Part shown: piece by piece, positions 38,762 to 51,549 of the stretch | Layout of the letters: every line of letters begins with the position of its first letter | How positions within the stretch are numbered: the first letter of the stretch is position 1 | Assembly (NCBI GenBank): GCA_035635635.1 | Contig: DASQAS010000244.1 | Coordinates: forward strand, 23,690-87,689 | Length of the DNA: 64,000 bases | Origin: Myxococcales bacterium | Lineage (GTDB): Bacteria > Myxococcota > Myxococcia > Myxococcales > 40CM-4-68-19 | Reading direction: 5' to 3' | The notes under the pieces: generated by a model | The model's input: only the letters and a program-made list of their open reading frames with translations | Database searches by the model: none | Told to the model about the DNA's origin: nothing | Made by a program: the position numbers and the translations under genes

Positions 38762-39409
38762 GTGGTTCCGGACGATACGCAGGTCCCGCCCGAGGCGGCG
38801 GCGGACGAGCAGAGGGCGGTGCCCGAGGGCGCCGACTCCGGCCCGTCCAACGACGCCGAGGGCCTGCCGAGGAAGCTGGCCACCCTCGAGGCGCAGCTGG
38901 AGGAGTCGTTCAAGCGCGCCCGCGAGACCGGCGACCGGCTGAAGGAGACGCACGAGCGGCTGTTGCGCACGGCGGCGGAGTTCGACAACTTCAGGAAGCG
39001 CGCGGCCAAGGAGAAGGACGACGTCCAGCGCTTCGGCAGCGAGCGGCTGCTCAAGGACTTCCTGCCGGTGCTGGACAACCTCGAGCGCGCGCTCGACCAC
39101 GCCGAGCAGCACGAGCCCAGGCAGGTGATCGAGGGCGTCAAGCTGGTGCAGAAGCTCTTCGAGACCACCCTCGCCAAGCACGGCGTGGTCGGCTTCTCAG
39201 CGGTGGGCAAGCCCTTCGACCCCGCCGTCCACGAGGCGCTCATGCAGCAGGAGAGCGACGAGCCGGCGGGCACCGTCGTCTCCGAGATGGCCAAGGGGTA
39301 CAAGCTCAACGATCGGCTGGTCCGCCCCGCCGCGGTCGTGGTGGCCAAACCGCGCACCCAGCCTGCGGCGCCTCCCGCGTCCGATCAAGAGGGTAAGGCG
39401 CAGGGCTGA
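38762..39409 (+). CDS. grpE: Nucleotide exchange factor GrpE
   Basis: AAGGAG lies 5 nt before GTG 38762 (the track ORF starts at TTG 38723). AEFDNFRKRAAKE and FDPAVHEA. Confidence 0.9.
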   Translation: MVPDDTQVPPEAAADEQRAVPEGADSGPSNDAEGLPRKLATLEAQLEESFKRARETGDRLKETHERLLRTAAEFDNFRKRAAKEKDDVQRFGSERLLKDFLPVLDNLERALDHAEQHEPRQVIEGVKLVQKLFETTLAKHGVVGFSAVGKPFDPAVHEALMQQESDEPAGTVVSEMAKGYKLNDRLVRPAAVVVAKPRTQPAAPPASDQEGKAQG

Positions 39410-39493
39410 AATCTCCCACGCGCGCGACGCGGTCCTTTTGTTCAAGCCCCAGCGGAGTCTGAGGTACAACCGCTTTGGGGAGAATCGCGCCAC

Positions 39494-41374
<1,881 letters not shown>

Positions 41375-41473
41375 GCACCAGCAGCTGCACTGGCACGGGC
41401 ACGCGCCCCGGCCACCAAAACCAGCACCGGCACGCGGTGCGACTCTGGACTCCTCTCTCAAAAAGCTGAAGGA

Positions 41474-41501
41474 TTGACACCGCCTCGAATGTCCTTACGT
41501 T
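41474..41501 (+). promoter_or_regulatory. Candidate sigma-70-type promoter for dnaJ (TTGACA-N16-TACGTT)
   Basis: A perfect -35 hexamer in the 176-bp dnaK-dnaJ spacer, about 50 nt upstream of the GTG 41551 start. Confidence 0.3.
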
Positions 41502-41550
41502 AGACGAGGCGCGCCGAGCGCCTGCTTGCCTGCATGCCAGAGGAGCGACG

Positions 41551-42693
41551 GTGTCCCAGAAGCGCGATTATTACGAAGTCCTCGGGGTTTCCAGGACGGC
41601 CACCGCCCAGGAGCTCAAGAGCGCCTTCCGGAAGCTGGCGGTCCAGTACCATCCGGACAAGAACCCCGGCGACAAGGCCTCCGAGGAGCATTTCAAGGAG
41701 TGCTCCGAGGCCTACGAGGTCCTCGCCGACGCCGACAAGCGCGCCCGCTACGACCGGTTCGGCCACCAGGCGCCCGGCGGGTTCGGGCCCAGCCCGTTCG
41801 AGGCCGGTTTCACCGGCAACATCAACGACATCTTCGGGGACATCTTCGGCGAGATCTTCGGCCAGCGCGGGCGTTCGCGCGGCGGCAAGCAGCGCGGCGC
41901 GGACCTCCGCTACAACCTGGAGGTCAGCTTCACCGAGGCAGCGTTCGGCACCGAGGCCAAGGTGAAGATCCCGCGCCACCGCGAGTGCTCGACCTGCCAC
42001 GGCTCGGGCGCGAAGCCTGGCACCTCCCCCAAGACCTGCCCCACTTGCCACGGCGCCGGCGAGCTGCGGATGACGCAGGGATTCTTCCAGATTTCACGGA
42101 CTTGCTCCCACTGCCAGGGGACCGGCAAGGTGGTGACGGATCCCTGCGCGACCTGCCGCGGCGCCGGCAAGGTGGAGACGGAGAGCGTGCTCACCGTCAA
42201 GGTCCCGCCCGGGGTCGACACCGGCACGCGCCTCAAGCTCACCGGCGAAGGCGAGCCGGGCGAGCGGGGCGGTCCTCCCGGGGATCTCTACGTCGTGGTG
42301 CACGTGCACGAGCACCCGATCTTCATCCGCGAGGACACCGAGGTGATCTGCGAGGTGCCGATCAGCTTCACCCAGGCGGCGCTCGGGGCGACCATCGACG
42401 TCCCCACGCTCGACGGCAAGGTGAAGATGAAGATCCCCTCGGGCACGCAGAGCGGCAAGGTGTTCCGCCTGCGCGGCAAGGGCATCCCGCACCTCAACGG
42501 CTACCAGCGCGGCGACCAGCACGTGCGCATCACCGTCGAGGTGCCGGAGAAGCTCACCAAGAAGCAGCGCGAATTGCTCGAGCAATTCGCCGCGCTGGCC
42601 GGCGAGGACGCGCATCCGCAGTCGAAGTCGTTCTTCGCCAAGGTGCGCGAGCTGTTCGGGACCGAAGAGTCGGAAGAGGAAGCTACCGGTTAG
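41551..42693 (+). CDS. dnaJ: Molecular chaperone DnaJ
   Basis: GAGGAG SD before GTG. J-domain [13 protein letters not shown]; four CxxCxGxG repeats. Confidence 0.95.
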   Translation: MSQKRDYYEVLGVSRTATAQELKSAFRKLAVQYHPDKNPGDKASEEHFKECSEAYEVLADADKRARYDRFGHQAPGGFGPSPFEAGFTGNINDIFGDIFGEIFGQRGRSRGGKQRGADLRYNLEVSFTEAAFGTEAKVKIPRHRECSTCHGSGAKPGTSPKTCPTCHGAGELRMTQGFFQISRTCSHCQGTGKVVTDPCATCRGAGKVETESVLTVKVPPGVDTGTRLKLTGEGEPGERGGPPGDLYVVVHVHEHPIFIREDTEVICEVPISFTQAALGATIDVPTLDGKVKMKIPSGTQSGKVFRLRGKGIPHLNGYQRGDQHVRITVEVPEKLTKKQRELLEQFAALAGEDAHPQSKSFFAKVRELFGTEESEEEATG

Positions 42694-42735
42694 CCGCTCC
42701 GCGCCGAAGGCGCGGAAATGCGGCTACGTTTTTTC
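42691..42735 (+). terminator. dnaJ terminator, also REP-like element copy E
   Basis: TAG-CCGCT-CCGCGCC-GAA-GGCGCGG-AAATGCGGCTACGTTTTTT. It is collinear with copy A, with compensatory stem changes, and has a T6 run. Confidence 0.5.
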
Positions 42736-42879
42736 TAGGCTCTGCTCTTTGAGGCGACCTTCTCCGCCGCCCGCATCACCCGCGGCGCGTGGCCGTCGAC
42801 CACGAAGAGGAGCGCGGCGAGCAGAGCATCTTACGCCGCGATCGCGTAACCTCCGGGCGCGCTCTGGCGTAAGGCCCGG

Positions 42880-43419
42880 ATGGGACCGACGGATGAAGAG
42901 TTGATGTCGGCCTACGTCGCGGGCGATGCCCGCGCGTTCGAGGGCCTGTTCGCCCGGCTCGCCCCGCGGGTGCACGGGTTCTTCCTGAGGTCGTTTCGCA
43001 ACGAGGCCGTCGCCGATGATCTGCTCCAGCAAACCTTCATGAAGCTGCACCGCGCCAGGTCCCGCTACCGTCCCGAGCTGAAGCTCGCTCCTTGGGTCTT
43101 CGCGATCGCCGCGCGGGTCCGCCTCGACGAGCTGCGGCGGCGCCTGCGGCTGCCGGAGGATGCCGGAGAGGATGCCATCGCGCGCGCCGACGAGCAGCTC
43201 CCGCGGGATCCGCCTGCGGGCAACGACCTGCGGGACGCGGTGCGCTCCGCGCTGGACGGGCTGCCCGAGTCGCAGCGCACCGTGATCCACCTGCACCGCT
43301 ATGAAGGGATGACGTTCGCCGAGATCGCCCGGGCTCTCGACACCACCGAAGGGGCAGTGAAGCTTCGCGCCTTTCGCGGATACGAGAGGTTGCGCGAACA
43401 GCTCAAGGAGCTCCTGTGA
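42880..43419 (+). CDS. ECF-family RNA polymerase sigma factor
   Basis: 179 aa with region 2 (DLLQQTFMKLHR) and region 4 (LPESQRTVIHLHRYEGMTFAEIA). Confidence 0.85.
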   Translation: MGPTDEELMSAYVAGDARAFEGLFARLAPRVHGFFLRSFRNEAVADDLLQQTFMKLHRARSRYRPELKLAPWVFAIAARVRLDELRRRLRLPEDAGEDAIARADEQLPRDPPAGNDLRDAVRSALDGLPESQRTVIHLHRYEGMTFAEIARALDTTEGAVKLRAFRGYERLREQLKELL

Positions 43420-44156
43420 CCTGCGAGGACCTCCGCGCGAACGCGGCCGGGATCGCCGCGCTCACCGCCGGCGATCCGGAGCGGGTGGCGTACCTGGAGC
43501 ACGCGAAGGGCTGTCCCGGCTGCCTCGAAGCGCTGCGGGAGGGAGAGAAGCTCGTCGGCCTGCTCGAGCGCGTCAGGCTGCCGCCTCCGTCGGCGGAGGC
43601 CCTGGCGCGCGCGTCGAGCCCGGTTCTGCGGGCGCTTCGACCGACCCGGTGGCCGCTGCGGGCCGCGGCGGCGATCGCCGCCTTCGCGATCCCCGTCCTG
43701 TTCTCCCGCCACCGCGACTGGGAGGGATGGATTGCGGCGACGCTGGTCCTCGCGCTCGCCACCGCGCTGAGCGCGACCGCCGGCGCGATCCGGGCAGGCG
43801 CGTGGGTCGCTCTCGCGGCCTCCGCCGGCTTTGCCATCGCGGCCGGAGGCATCCCCGGCTTCGACGGGACAGAAGGACTGGCCATCCGCGTCGGCCTCGA
43901 GTGCTTCGGTCTGGAAATGCTGGGCGCGGCGCTGACGGCGGGGCTCCTGCTCTGGCGCGAAGGACGGAACGCCACCTCGCTCGCGGCCACCGCGGCCGCC
44001 GGCGGGCTGGCCGTGCAGGCCGCGCTGCACCTGATCTGCGGCGCGCGTGGCGAGGCGCCGCACCTGTGGGTCTTTCACACCGGCGCGGTCGCGGCAGCCG
44101 CCTTCGCCGCCTGGGCGATCCAGGCGCGGCTTCAGCCCAGGAGCCTGCGGAGCTGA
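43416..44156 (+). CDS. Anti-sigma factor (zf-HC2 N-terminus plus polytopic NrsF/DUF1109-like membrane domain)
   Basis: GTGA overlap with the sigma gene. HAKGCPGC (H-x3-C-x2-C) followed by about 6 TM helices. Confidence 0.7.
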   Translation: MTCEDLRANAAGIAALTAGDPERVAYLEHAKGCPGCLEALREGEKLVGLLERVRLPPPSAEALARASSPVLRALRPTRWPLRAAAAIAAFAIPVLFSRHRDWEGWIAATLVLALATALSATAGAIRAGAWVALAASAGFAIAAGGIPGFDGTEGLAIRVGLECFGLEMLGAALTAGLLLWREGRNATSLAATAAAGGLAVQAALHLICGARGEAPHLWVFHTGAVAAAAFAAWAIQARLQPRSLRS

Positions 44157-44625
44157 TCGGCGGAGAGCACCTCGGGCCAGCCGCGGAACAAGCCCGCGTA
44201 GAGCGCCGGCTCCGCGAGCGCCACCACCCAGGTCGCCACGCGCCCCCGGGACAGCGGCCAGCGCGAGGCCACCCTGGCCTTCTCCACCACGAACTCCCGC
44301 TCCTCCGCGGGGACCGACCGCTCGTAGAGCGCGAGTTGCAGCACCTGCACCTCGCCCTTCACCCGCGTGCTGAGCGTGGTCGCCCGATCGCGGAGCATCT
44401 GCGCGCGCCGCGCGAACTCCGCGCCGGGAAGGCGCTCGCCGGACGCGACCACCACGAGCTGCACGGTGGTCTCCAGATCGCCGGCCCAGATCTGCTCGTA
44501 GTGCGGCAGCCCCGCCAGCGACTCCACCGCAGCGCGAGCCGTGGGCTCGACCGACTCTGGCTGGACGCGGGTCATCCCCGACATCGACAGGTACTGCTCC
44601 AGCTTGCGCAGCCAGGGTCCCTTCA

Positions 44626-44626
<1 letters not shown>
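44132..44626 (-). CDS. Hypothetical protein
   Basis: ATG 44626 (MKGPWLRKLEQYL) shares 1 nt with the rimO stop. 164 aa. The 3-prime end overlaps the convergent anti-sigma gene by 25 nt. Confidence 0.5.
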
Positions 44627-46041
<1,415 letters not shown>

Positions 46042-46218
46042 CCAGGGTTCCGCGAGGGGGGCCCCCGTATAACAGAGTCGCAGCGCGGATTCAGCCTGCG
46101 GTTTCGGCCAATGAAGACGGCTAGTTGGGGAGTCCAGCCGCCATCCACGGGCGGTGCGCCGGGTGGATGCAGTGGATGACGGAAGCGGGACGGCGTGGAC
46201 GCGTCCTGCCGGCCAACT

Positions 46219-46716
46219 TCAGTCCCGGAAGTTCTCGAACATCAAGTCCACCTTCAGCTCGTCCTGCTTTCCGCGCACGAGCTGGATGGCGTTCTGCAGA
46301 TCGTCGCGGCTCTTGCCCGTGACGCGGACCGCGTCGCCCTGGATGGAGCCTTGCAGCTTGAGCTTGCTGTCCTTGATGGCCTTGACGATCGCCTTCGCCT
46401 TCTCGGTCTCGATGCCCTGCGAGAAGGTGAGCAGCTGCGAGACGTACTTGCCGCTCTGCTCGAGGTTGCCGTACTTGAGCCCGCGCAGCGGCACGCCGCG
46501 CTTGGCCAACTTCTCCACCAGCACCGCGCGCGCCGCCTCCAGGCGCTGCTCGGTGCTGCTGCGCACCTTCAATCCCTTCTCGGGCGCGGCGACCTTCTCC
46601 AGCGTGGTCTCGGTGCCCTTGAAGTCGTAACGCTGGTCGATCTCCTTCTTCGCCTGCTGGAAGGCGTTGTCCACTTCCTGCTCGTTCACCTTGCTGACGA
46701 CGTCGAAGCTCGGCAT
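46219..46716 (-). CDS. yajQ: YajQ-family nucleotide/cyclic-di-GMP-binding protein
   Basis: ATG 46716 (MPSFDVVSKVNEQEVDNA..RYDFKG), 165 aa. Confidence 0.85.
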   Translation of the reverse strand: MPSFDVVSKVNEQEVDNAFQQAKKEIDQRYDFKGTETTLEKVAAPEKGLKVRSSTEQRLEAARAVLVEKLAKRGVPLRGLKYGNLEQSGKYVSQLLTFSQGIETEKAKAIVKAIKDSKLKLQGSIQGDAVRVTGKSRDDLQNAIQLVRGKQDELKVDLMFENFRD

Positions 46717-46717
46717 C

Positions 46718-48454
46718 TCACATCTCCAGGACGACCGGCAGCACCATCGGCCGTTTCTCGAGGCCCTTCTTCCAGGCGGACCGCACCGCGTGGCGCAGCG
46801 CCTCCTCCACGATGCCATGATCGGTGCGCTGCGCGGGAGCCAGCTCGGCCAGGGCGTCCAGCGCGAGCTGCCGGGCCTGGGCCAGCCGCGCATCGTCCAG
46901 GCCGGCCACGCCCTTGCCGAGCAGCTCCGGCCCCCGCACCAGCTCGCCGCTCTTGTGGTCCAGCACGCAGAAGCAGACCAGCATCCCGGTCTCGGCGAGG
47001 AGCTGGCGATCGCGCAGCGCCACCTCGCCCACGTCGGCGAACGCGCCGCGGGCGTCCAGGTACAGCCGCCCGGTGGAAACGGCGCGCGGGATCACCGCGG
47101 CGATCTCGTCCTTGCGCAGCTCCACGGCGTCGCCGTCCTCCGCGATCACGCAGCCGAGCGGATTGACGCCGGCGGCCTCCGCGGTCCGGGCGTGCGCCGC
47201 CAGCATCCGGTACTCGCCGTGGATGGGCACGAAGCTGCGCGGCCGGGTGAGGTCGAGCATCATCCGCTGCTCGCCCTGGAAGGCGTGGCCGCTGGTATGC
47301 ACCAGCTCGCTCGATCCCGAGCTGCTGGAGAGCACGCGGCAGCCGCGGCGCACCAGGTGGTCGATGATGTTGCCGATTGCCCGGTCGTTCCCGGGGATCA
47401 CCCGGCTGGAGAGGATCACCAGGTCGTTCTTTTCCAGGTGCACGGTGGGGTGCTCCCCGAGCGCCAGCCGCGACAGCGCGCTGCGAGGCTCTCCCTGGGC
47501 GCCGGTGCAGAGGATCACCAGCTCGCGCGCCGGGAAGTGGCCGGCCGCCTCGGGGTCCACGAACGAGTCCGGCGGGCAGCGGATGTAGCCCAGGTCCATC
47601 GCCAGGCGCACGTTGGTCTGCATCGAGCGGCCCACCATCACCACCTTGCGGTTGTGCGCCAGCGCCGCGCGCACCACGCTCTGGACCCGGTGGATGTTGG
47701 ACCCGAACATCGCCACCGCCACGCGGCCCTTCGCCAGCGGCCCGGCAAAGATGCGCATCAACGACTCGCCCACCTCGCGCTCGCTGATGCTGGTCCCCTC
47801 GCGCTCGGCGTTGGTGGAGTCGGAGAGCAGACAGGCCACACCGGTCTCGCCCAGCTCCGCGAAGCGGCGCACGTCCAGGAGCTTCCCGTCCACCGGGCTC
47901 CAGTCCACCTTGAAGTCGCCGGTGTGGATCAGCAGGCCCGCCTCGGTGAGCAGGGCGTAGCCCACCGAATCGGGAACGCTGTGGGGGACCTGCAACGGCT
48001 CGAAATCGATGTGGTTGCCAACCATCCCCATCGTGCGCGGCTCGACCGCGTGCAGGTCCGCGCTGATCCCGTGCTCAGCGAGCTTTTCCTTCACCACCGC
48101 GAGCGTGAACCTGGTCCCGCAGACGGTGGCGTCGGGAAACTCGCGCAAGAGGTAGGGCAATGCTCCGACGTGGTCCTCGTGGGCGTGCGTGAGCAGCACC
48201 GCGTCCACCTTGCCGGCCGCTTTCAGGTAGGAGAGGTCCGGGGCGATCACCTCCACGCCGAGGGCCTGCTCCGCGTTCGGGAACATCAGGCCGCAGTCGA
48301 TCACCACCCGGTCTCCGCCGGACTCGACCACCATGCAGTTCATCCCGACTTCGCCCAACCCGCCGAGCGGGATGACGCGGACGGGCGGGGATGGCGGGGG
48401 CACCCAACCATCGTAGCGTCTTTCGCCGTTCGACGTGTCAGCCGCGTCCCGCAA
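46718..48454 (-). CDS. rnj: Ribonuclease J
   Basis: Metallo-beta-lactamase/beta-CASP: VIPLGGLGEVGMN and LTHAHEDHVGALP. Start is TTG 48454, or alternatively GTG 48403. Confidence 0.85.
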   Translation of the reverse strand: MRDAADTSNGERRYDGWVPPPSPPVRVIPLGGLGEVGMNCMVVESGGDRVVIDCGLMFPNAEQALGVEVIAPDLSYLKAAGKVDAVLLTHAHEDHVGALPYLLREFPDATVCGTRFTLAVVKEKLAEHGISADLHAVEPRTMGMVGNHIDFEPLQVPHSVPDSVGYALLTEAGLLIHTGDFKVDWSPVDGKLLDVRRFAELGETGVACLLSDSTNAEREGTSISEREVGESLMRIFAGPLAKGRVAVAMFGSNIHRVQSVVRAALAHNRKVVMVGRSMQTNVRLAMDLGYIRCPPDSFVDPEAAGHFPARELVILCTGAQGEPRSALSRLALGEHPTVHLEKNDLVILSSRVIPGNDRAIGNIIDHLVRRGCRVLSSSSGSSELVHTSGHAFQGEQRMMLDLTRPRSFVPIHGEYRMLAAHARTAEAAGVNPLGCVIAEDGDAVELRKDEIAAVIPRAVSTGRLYLDARGAFADVGEVALRDRQLLAETGMLVCFCVLDHKSGELVRGPELLGKGVAGLDDARLAQARQLALDALAELAPAQRTDHGIVEEALRHAVRSAWKKGLEKRPMVLPVVLEM

Positions 48455-48461
48455 GGGACTC

Positions 48462-48512
48462 AGGCGCTGCCGTGCCGCAGGCGCGGCTCTGCGCCTACGC
48501 AGTTTGCCGCGG
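48462..48512. repeat. REP-like element, copy D (diverged)
   Basis: AGGCGCTGCCGTGCCGCAGGCGCGGCTCTGCGCCTACGCAGTTTGCCGCGG shares the GCGCCTACGCAGTT module with copy B. It lies in the rnj/uvrD divergent region. Confidence 0.6.
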
Positions 48513-48559
48513 AGACGACCTCCCAGGTCTTCGAGAAGCTATAACGTAGGTTCTCGCCC

Positions 48560-51067
48560 ATGTCCGACCCGCTCACCAAGGTGCTCAACCCGCCGCAGCT
48601 CGAAGCCGTGCGCCACGGCGAGGGGCCGCTGCTCATCCTGGCGGGCGCCGGCTCCGGCAAGACCCGCGTGCTCACGCACCGCATCGCCCATCTCTTGCGC
48701 GAGCGGCTGGCCCGCGCCCCCGAGATCCTGGCGGTCACGTTCACCAACAAGGCCGCAGGCGAGCTGCGCGAGCGGGTCGAGAACCTGGTCGGCCCGGAAG
48801 CGCAGCGCCTCTGGGTGGCGACCTTCCACGCCGCCGGCGCCCGGATCCTGCGGCGCGAGGCGGAAGCGCTGGGGCTGACGCGCAGCTTCGCCATCTACGA
48901 CGATGCGGATCAGCTGGCGGAGGCGAAGCGGGCCGCGAGCGACCTCGGATTCGACGTCGGACTGATCCGCCAGTATATCTCCCGTATCGAGCGCTGGAAG
49001 AACGCGGGCCTGCTGCCCTCCGAAGTGCAGGTCGCCGAATACGACGTTCCGGGGAAGTCGGCGCTGAAGGTCTACTCCCGCTACCAGGCGGCGCTGCAGG
49101 CCTCGAACGCGGTGGACTTCGGCGACCTGATCGTGCGCGTGCTCGAGCTGTTCAAGAAGCGCGACGACATCCTCCAGGGCTACGCCGGCCGGTTCCGGCA
49201 CGTCCTCGTCGACGAATTCCAGGACACCAACCCGGCGCAGTACCAGCTCCTGCGCCTTCTGGCGTCGGTGCACGGCAACCTGGCCGTGGTCGGCGACGAC
49301 GATCAGTCCATCTACCGCTGGCGCGGCGCGGAGGTGGACAACATCCTCGATTTCCCGAAGCACTTTCCGGGCACTCGGGTGGTGCGGCTGGAGCAGAACT
49401 ATCGCAGCACCGGGCGCATCCTCGCCGCCGCGCACGCGATCATCGAGAAGAACGAGCGCAGGGCGGAGAAGAAGCTCTGGACCGCGGCCGGAGAGGGCGA
49501 AAAGGTGCGCGTCTTCCTGGCGGAGGACGAGCGCGATGAGGGCAGCCGCATCGCCACCGAGCTCTACGCGCAGAACGCCCGCGGCACGTCCTACGCCGAG
49601 ATGGCGGTGTTCTACCGGGCCAACGCCCAGTCCCGCGCGCTGGAGGACGCGCTGCGCGCGCACCGGGTGCCCTACCGCGTGGTGCGCGGGCGATCGTTCT
49701 ACGACCGCGCGGAGGTCAAGGACGTCGCCGCGTACTTGCGCCTGTGCATCAACCCGCGCTCCGACGGAGACCTGCTGCGGATCATCAACACGCCGCCGCG
49801 CGGGATCGGCGACACCACGGTGGAGCACCTGCGGGCCTCGGCCAACCGGTCGGGCCTCTCGCTCTGGGAGGCGCTGGGCTCGGAGGATCCAGAGATGCCC
49901 TCGAACGCGCGGGCCAAGCTCGGGCCGTTCAAGGCGCTGATCGACCGGCTGCGCGCGGGCGTTGCGGGCGACCCCGGAGCCGCCGACGCGATCGAGCGCG
50001 TGATCGAAGAGACCGGCTACGCCGACCGGCTGCGCCTCGAGGGCGAGGAGGGCGAGGACCGGCTGGAAAACCTCATGGAGCTCGCCGGCGCCGCCCGCGA
50101 GTTCGATCGCGCCTGGGCCGGCGAGCTCCCAGAGCCGGCCGCGACCGAGCCCACCCCTTTGGCAGCTCCCGAACCGAAGCCTCTGGTGCCCAATCCGCTG
50201 ACGCAGACGCGGGCCCAATATCTCCGCGCCGTCCGCGCCGCGCCGGGAGCCCTGGGCAGCCCGCAGGATTCGGACGATCCGCCCGGCGACCGGCCGGACC
50301 CTGCATCCGCCCTCGCGGCCGCCGCGCGCGACGACGAGGACGGCCGGGCCGACACGCCGCTCCTCGGCTTCCTCGAGCAGCTCGCCCTGGTGGGCGACGC
50401 CGACGCGGCGGGAGGAGGCGACCGCGTCTCGCTGATGACCCTGCACGCGGCCAAGGGGCTCGAATTCGACGCGGTCTGGATGTCCGGGATGGAGGAGCGC
50501 GTCTTCCCGTCCTCCCGCTCGCTGGGCCAGACGGGCCCGATGGCCTCGGGGGAAGAGGATCCGGCCGAGATGGCCGAGGAGCGCCGGCTTTCCTACGTGG
50601 GCATGACGCGCGCCCGAAAGCGTCTCACGCTGTCCCTGGCCCGCTGCCGTTCGCTGTTCGGCGAGCTTCGCTTCAACGTGCCCTCACGGTTCGTCCGCGA
50701 GCTGCCGCCCGAGGTGACCGAGGGGCTCTCTGCCCTCGACCGCCTCTCGCCGATGCAGGAGCGGGCGCGAAAGGACGTCTTCTACGACGAGCTCGACCAG
50801 CGCCCGCGGTACTCGGAGGAGAATCCGCTGCCGGGGCGGAACCGCATGCGCGAGTCGCGATACGAGCCGGCCTCGAAGCCGGCAGTCAAGCAGGCCGCAC
50901 CGGGCGTCGGCGGTCTCGGACCCGGGGCGCGCGTGAAGCACCCGAGCTTCGGGGTGGGGACCGTGGAAGAGAGCGACGGGGAAGGGCTGAACCGGAAGCT
51001 GGTGGTGCGCTTCGGACCCGGAGTCGGGATCAAAAGGGTCCTGGCCCGCTTCATCGACCCTCTGTAG
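48560..51067 (+). CDS. uvrD: ATP-dependent DNA helicase, UvrD/PcrA/Rep family
   Basis: 835 aa: Walker A AGAGSGKT, VDEFQDTN, and a long acidic insertion before the C-terminal domain. Confidence 0.9.
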   Translation: MSDPLTKVLNPPQLEAVRHGEGPLLILAGAGSGKTRVLTHRIAHLLRERLARAPEILAVTFTNKAAGELRERVENLVGPEAQRLWVATFHAAGARILRREAEALGLTRSFAIYDDADQLAEAKRAASDLGFDVGLIRQYISRIERWKNAGLLPSEVQVAEYDVPGKSALKVYSRYQAALQASNAVDFGDLIVRVLELFKKRDDILQGYAGRFRHVLVDEFQDTNPAQYQLLRLLASVHGNLAVVGDDDQSIYRWRGAEVDNILDFPKHFPGTRVVRLEQNYRSTGRILAAAHAIIEKNERRAEKKLWTAAGEGEKVRVFLAEDERDEGSRIATELYAQNARGTSYAEMAVFYRANAQSRALEDALRAHRVPYRVVRGRSFYDRAEVKDVAAYLRLCINPRSDGDLLRIINTPPRGIGDTTVEHLRASANRSGLSLWEALGSEDPEMPSNARAKLGPFKALIDRLRAGVAGDPGAADAIERVIEETGYADRLRLEGEEGEDRLENLMELAGAAREFDRAWAGELPEPAATEPTPLAAPEPKPLVPNPLTQTRAQYLRAVRAAPGALGSPQDSDDPPGDRPDPASALAAAARDDEDGRADTPLLGFLEQLALVGDADAAGGGDRVSLMTLHAAKGLEFDAVWMSGMEERVFPSSRSLGQTGPMASGEEDPAEMAEERRLSYVGMTRARKRLTLSLARCRSLFGELRFNVPSRFVRELPPEVTEGLSALDRLSPMQERARKDVFYDELDQRPRYSEENPLPGRNRMRESRYEPASKPAVKQAAPGVGGLGPGARVKHPSFGVGTVEESDGEGLNRKLVVRFGPGVGIKRVLARFIDPL

Positions 51068-51162
51068 GTCGCCTTTTTCTTCAAGAACCGTGATCGTGAT
51101 CGTGGCCGTGGTCGGTCAGGTTCACCGCCACGCGCACATCCACGCTTGCAAAGCAGCCGCCC

Positions 51163-51498
51163 CTACCGCTGACCATGCAAGTACATATGCGGTGGCAAGA
51201 GGAAGTCGACGAACACTCCGAGCACCGCCTGCACGAGTGCCGCCGCGAACGACTGCCCGAACCGGATCCCGTACGCGAAGTTGTAGATCAGGAACCAGGC
51301 CACGAGCGCGATGATCCCGGGAATGATCAGGAACCAGAACCAGGCGAACGGCGTCACCACCACCGCCACCAGCAGCGTGACGAGCAGCGCCCGCGGCAGC
51401 GTGTTCCCCGGATTGCCCGGCGAGACCGCCGCCACCGACACCATCACCACCAGTGCGTGGATCAGCCACGAGGCGAGCTTCAATGCGAGCCAGTCCAT
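51163..51498 (-). CDS. Small membrane protein (phage-holin-4_2/DUF360-like)
   Basis: ATG 51498 (MDWLALKLASWLIHALVV), 111 aa, 4 hydrophobic helices. The remainder of track ORF 51163..53877 is antisense shadow. Confidence 0.5.
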   Translation of the reverse strand: MDWLALKLASWLIHALVVMVSVAAVSPGNPGNTLPRALLVTLLVAVVVTPFAWFWFLIIPGIIALVAWFLIYNFAYGIRFGQSFAAALVQAVLGVFVDFLLPPHMYLHGQR

Positions 51499-51549
51499 GC
51501 CGGGAAGATAGCGTGATCCGGCCCTCCAGATCGGATAGATCCCGGGAGG

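Noticed and set aside
36343-39396. Very long track ORFs such as 36343..39396 (+, 1017 aa), 5522..7906 (+), 22719..24968 (+), 39197..41089 (-), 53940..56324 (-), 57033..59303 (-), 51163..53877 (-, upstream part), 556..2322 (+) and 16385..18103 (+).
   Set aside because: Their translations are monotonous Arg/Pro/Gly/Ala/Asp-rich strings with no motifs. They lie antisense or out of frame to genes with unmistakable homology (mcp, hrcA, hppA, dnaK, GH57, glgA, ALDH). These are typical shadow ORFs of high-GC DNA, where stop codons are rare.
41391-41406. TGGCACGGGCACGCG in the dnaK-dnaJ spacer, considered as a sigma-54 (-24/-12) promoter.
   Set aside because: The -24 TGGCAC is present, but there is no TTGC/GC element at the required 10-nt spacing.
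51089-51115. Hexamer microrepeat CGTGAT-CGTGAT-CGTGGC-CGTGGT after uvrD, together with track ORF 51090..51314.
   Set aside because: It is short, imperfect and sits in a convergent intergenic spacer. The overlapping ORF has no coding signature.
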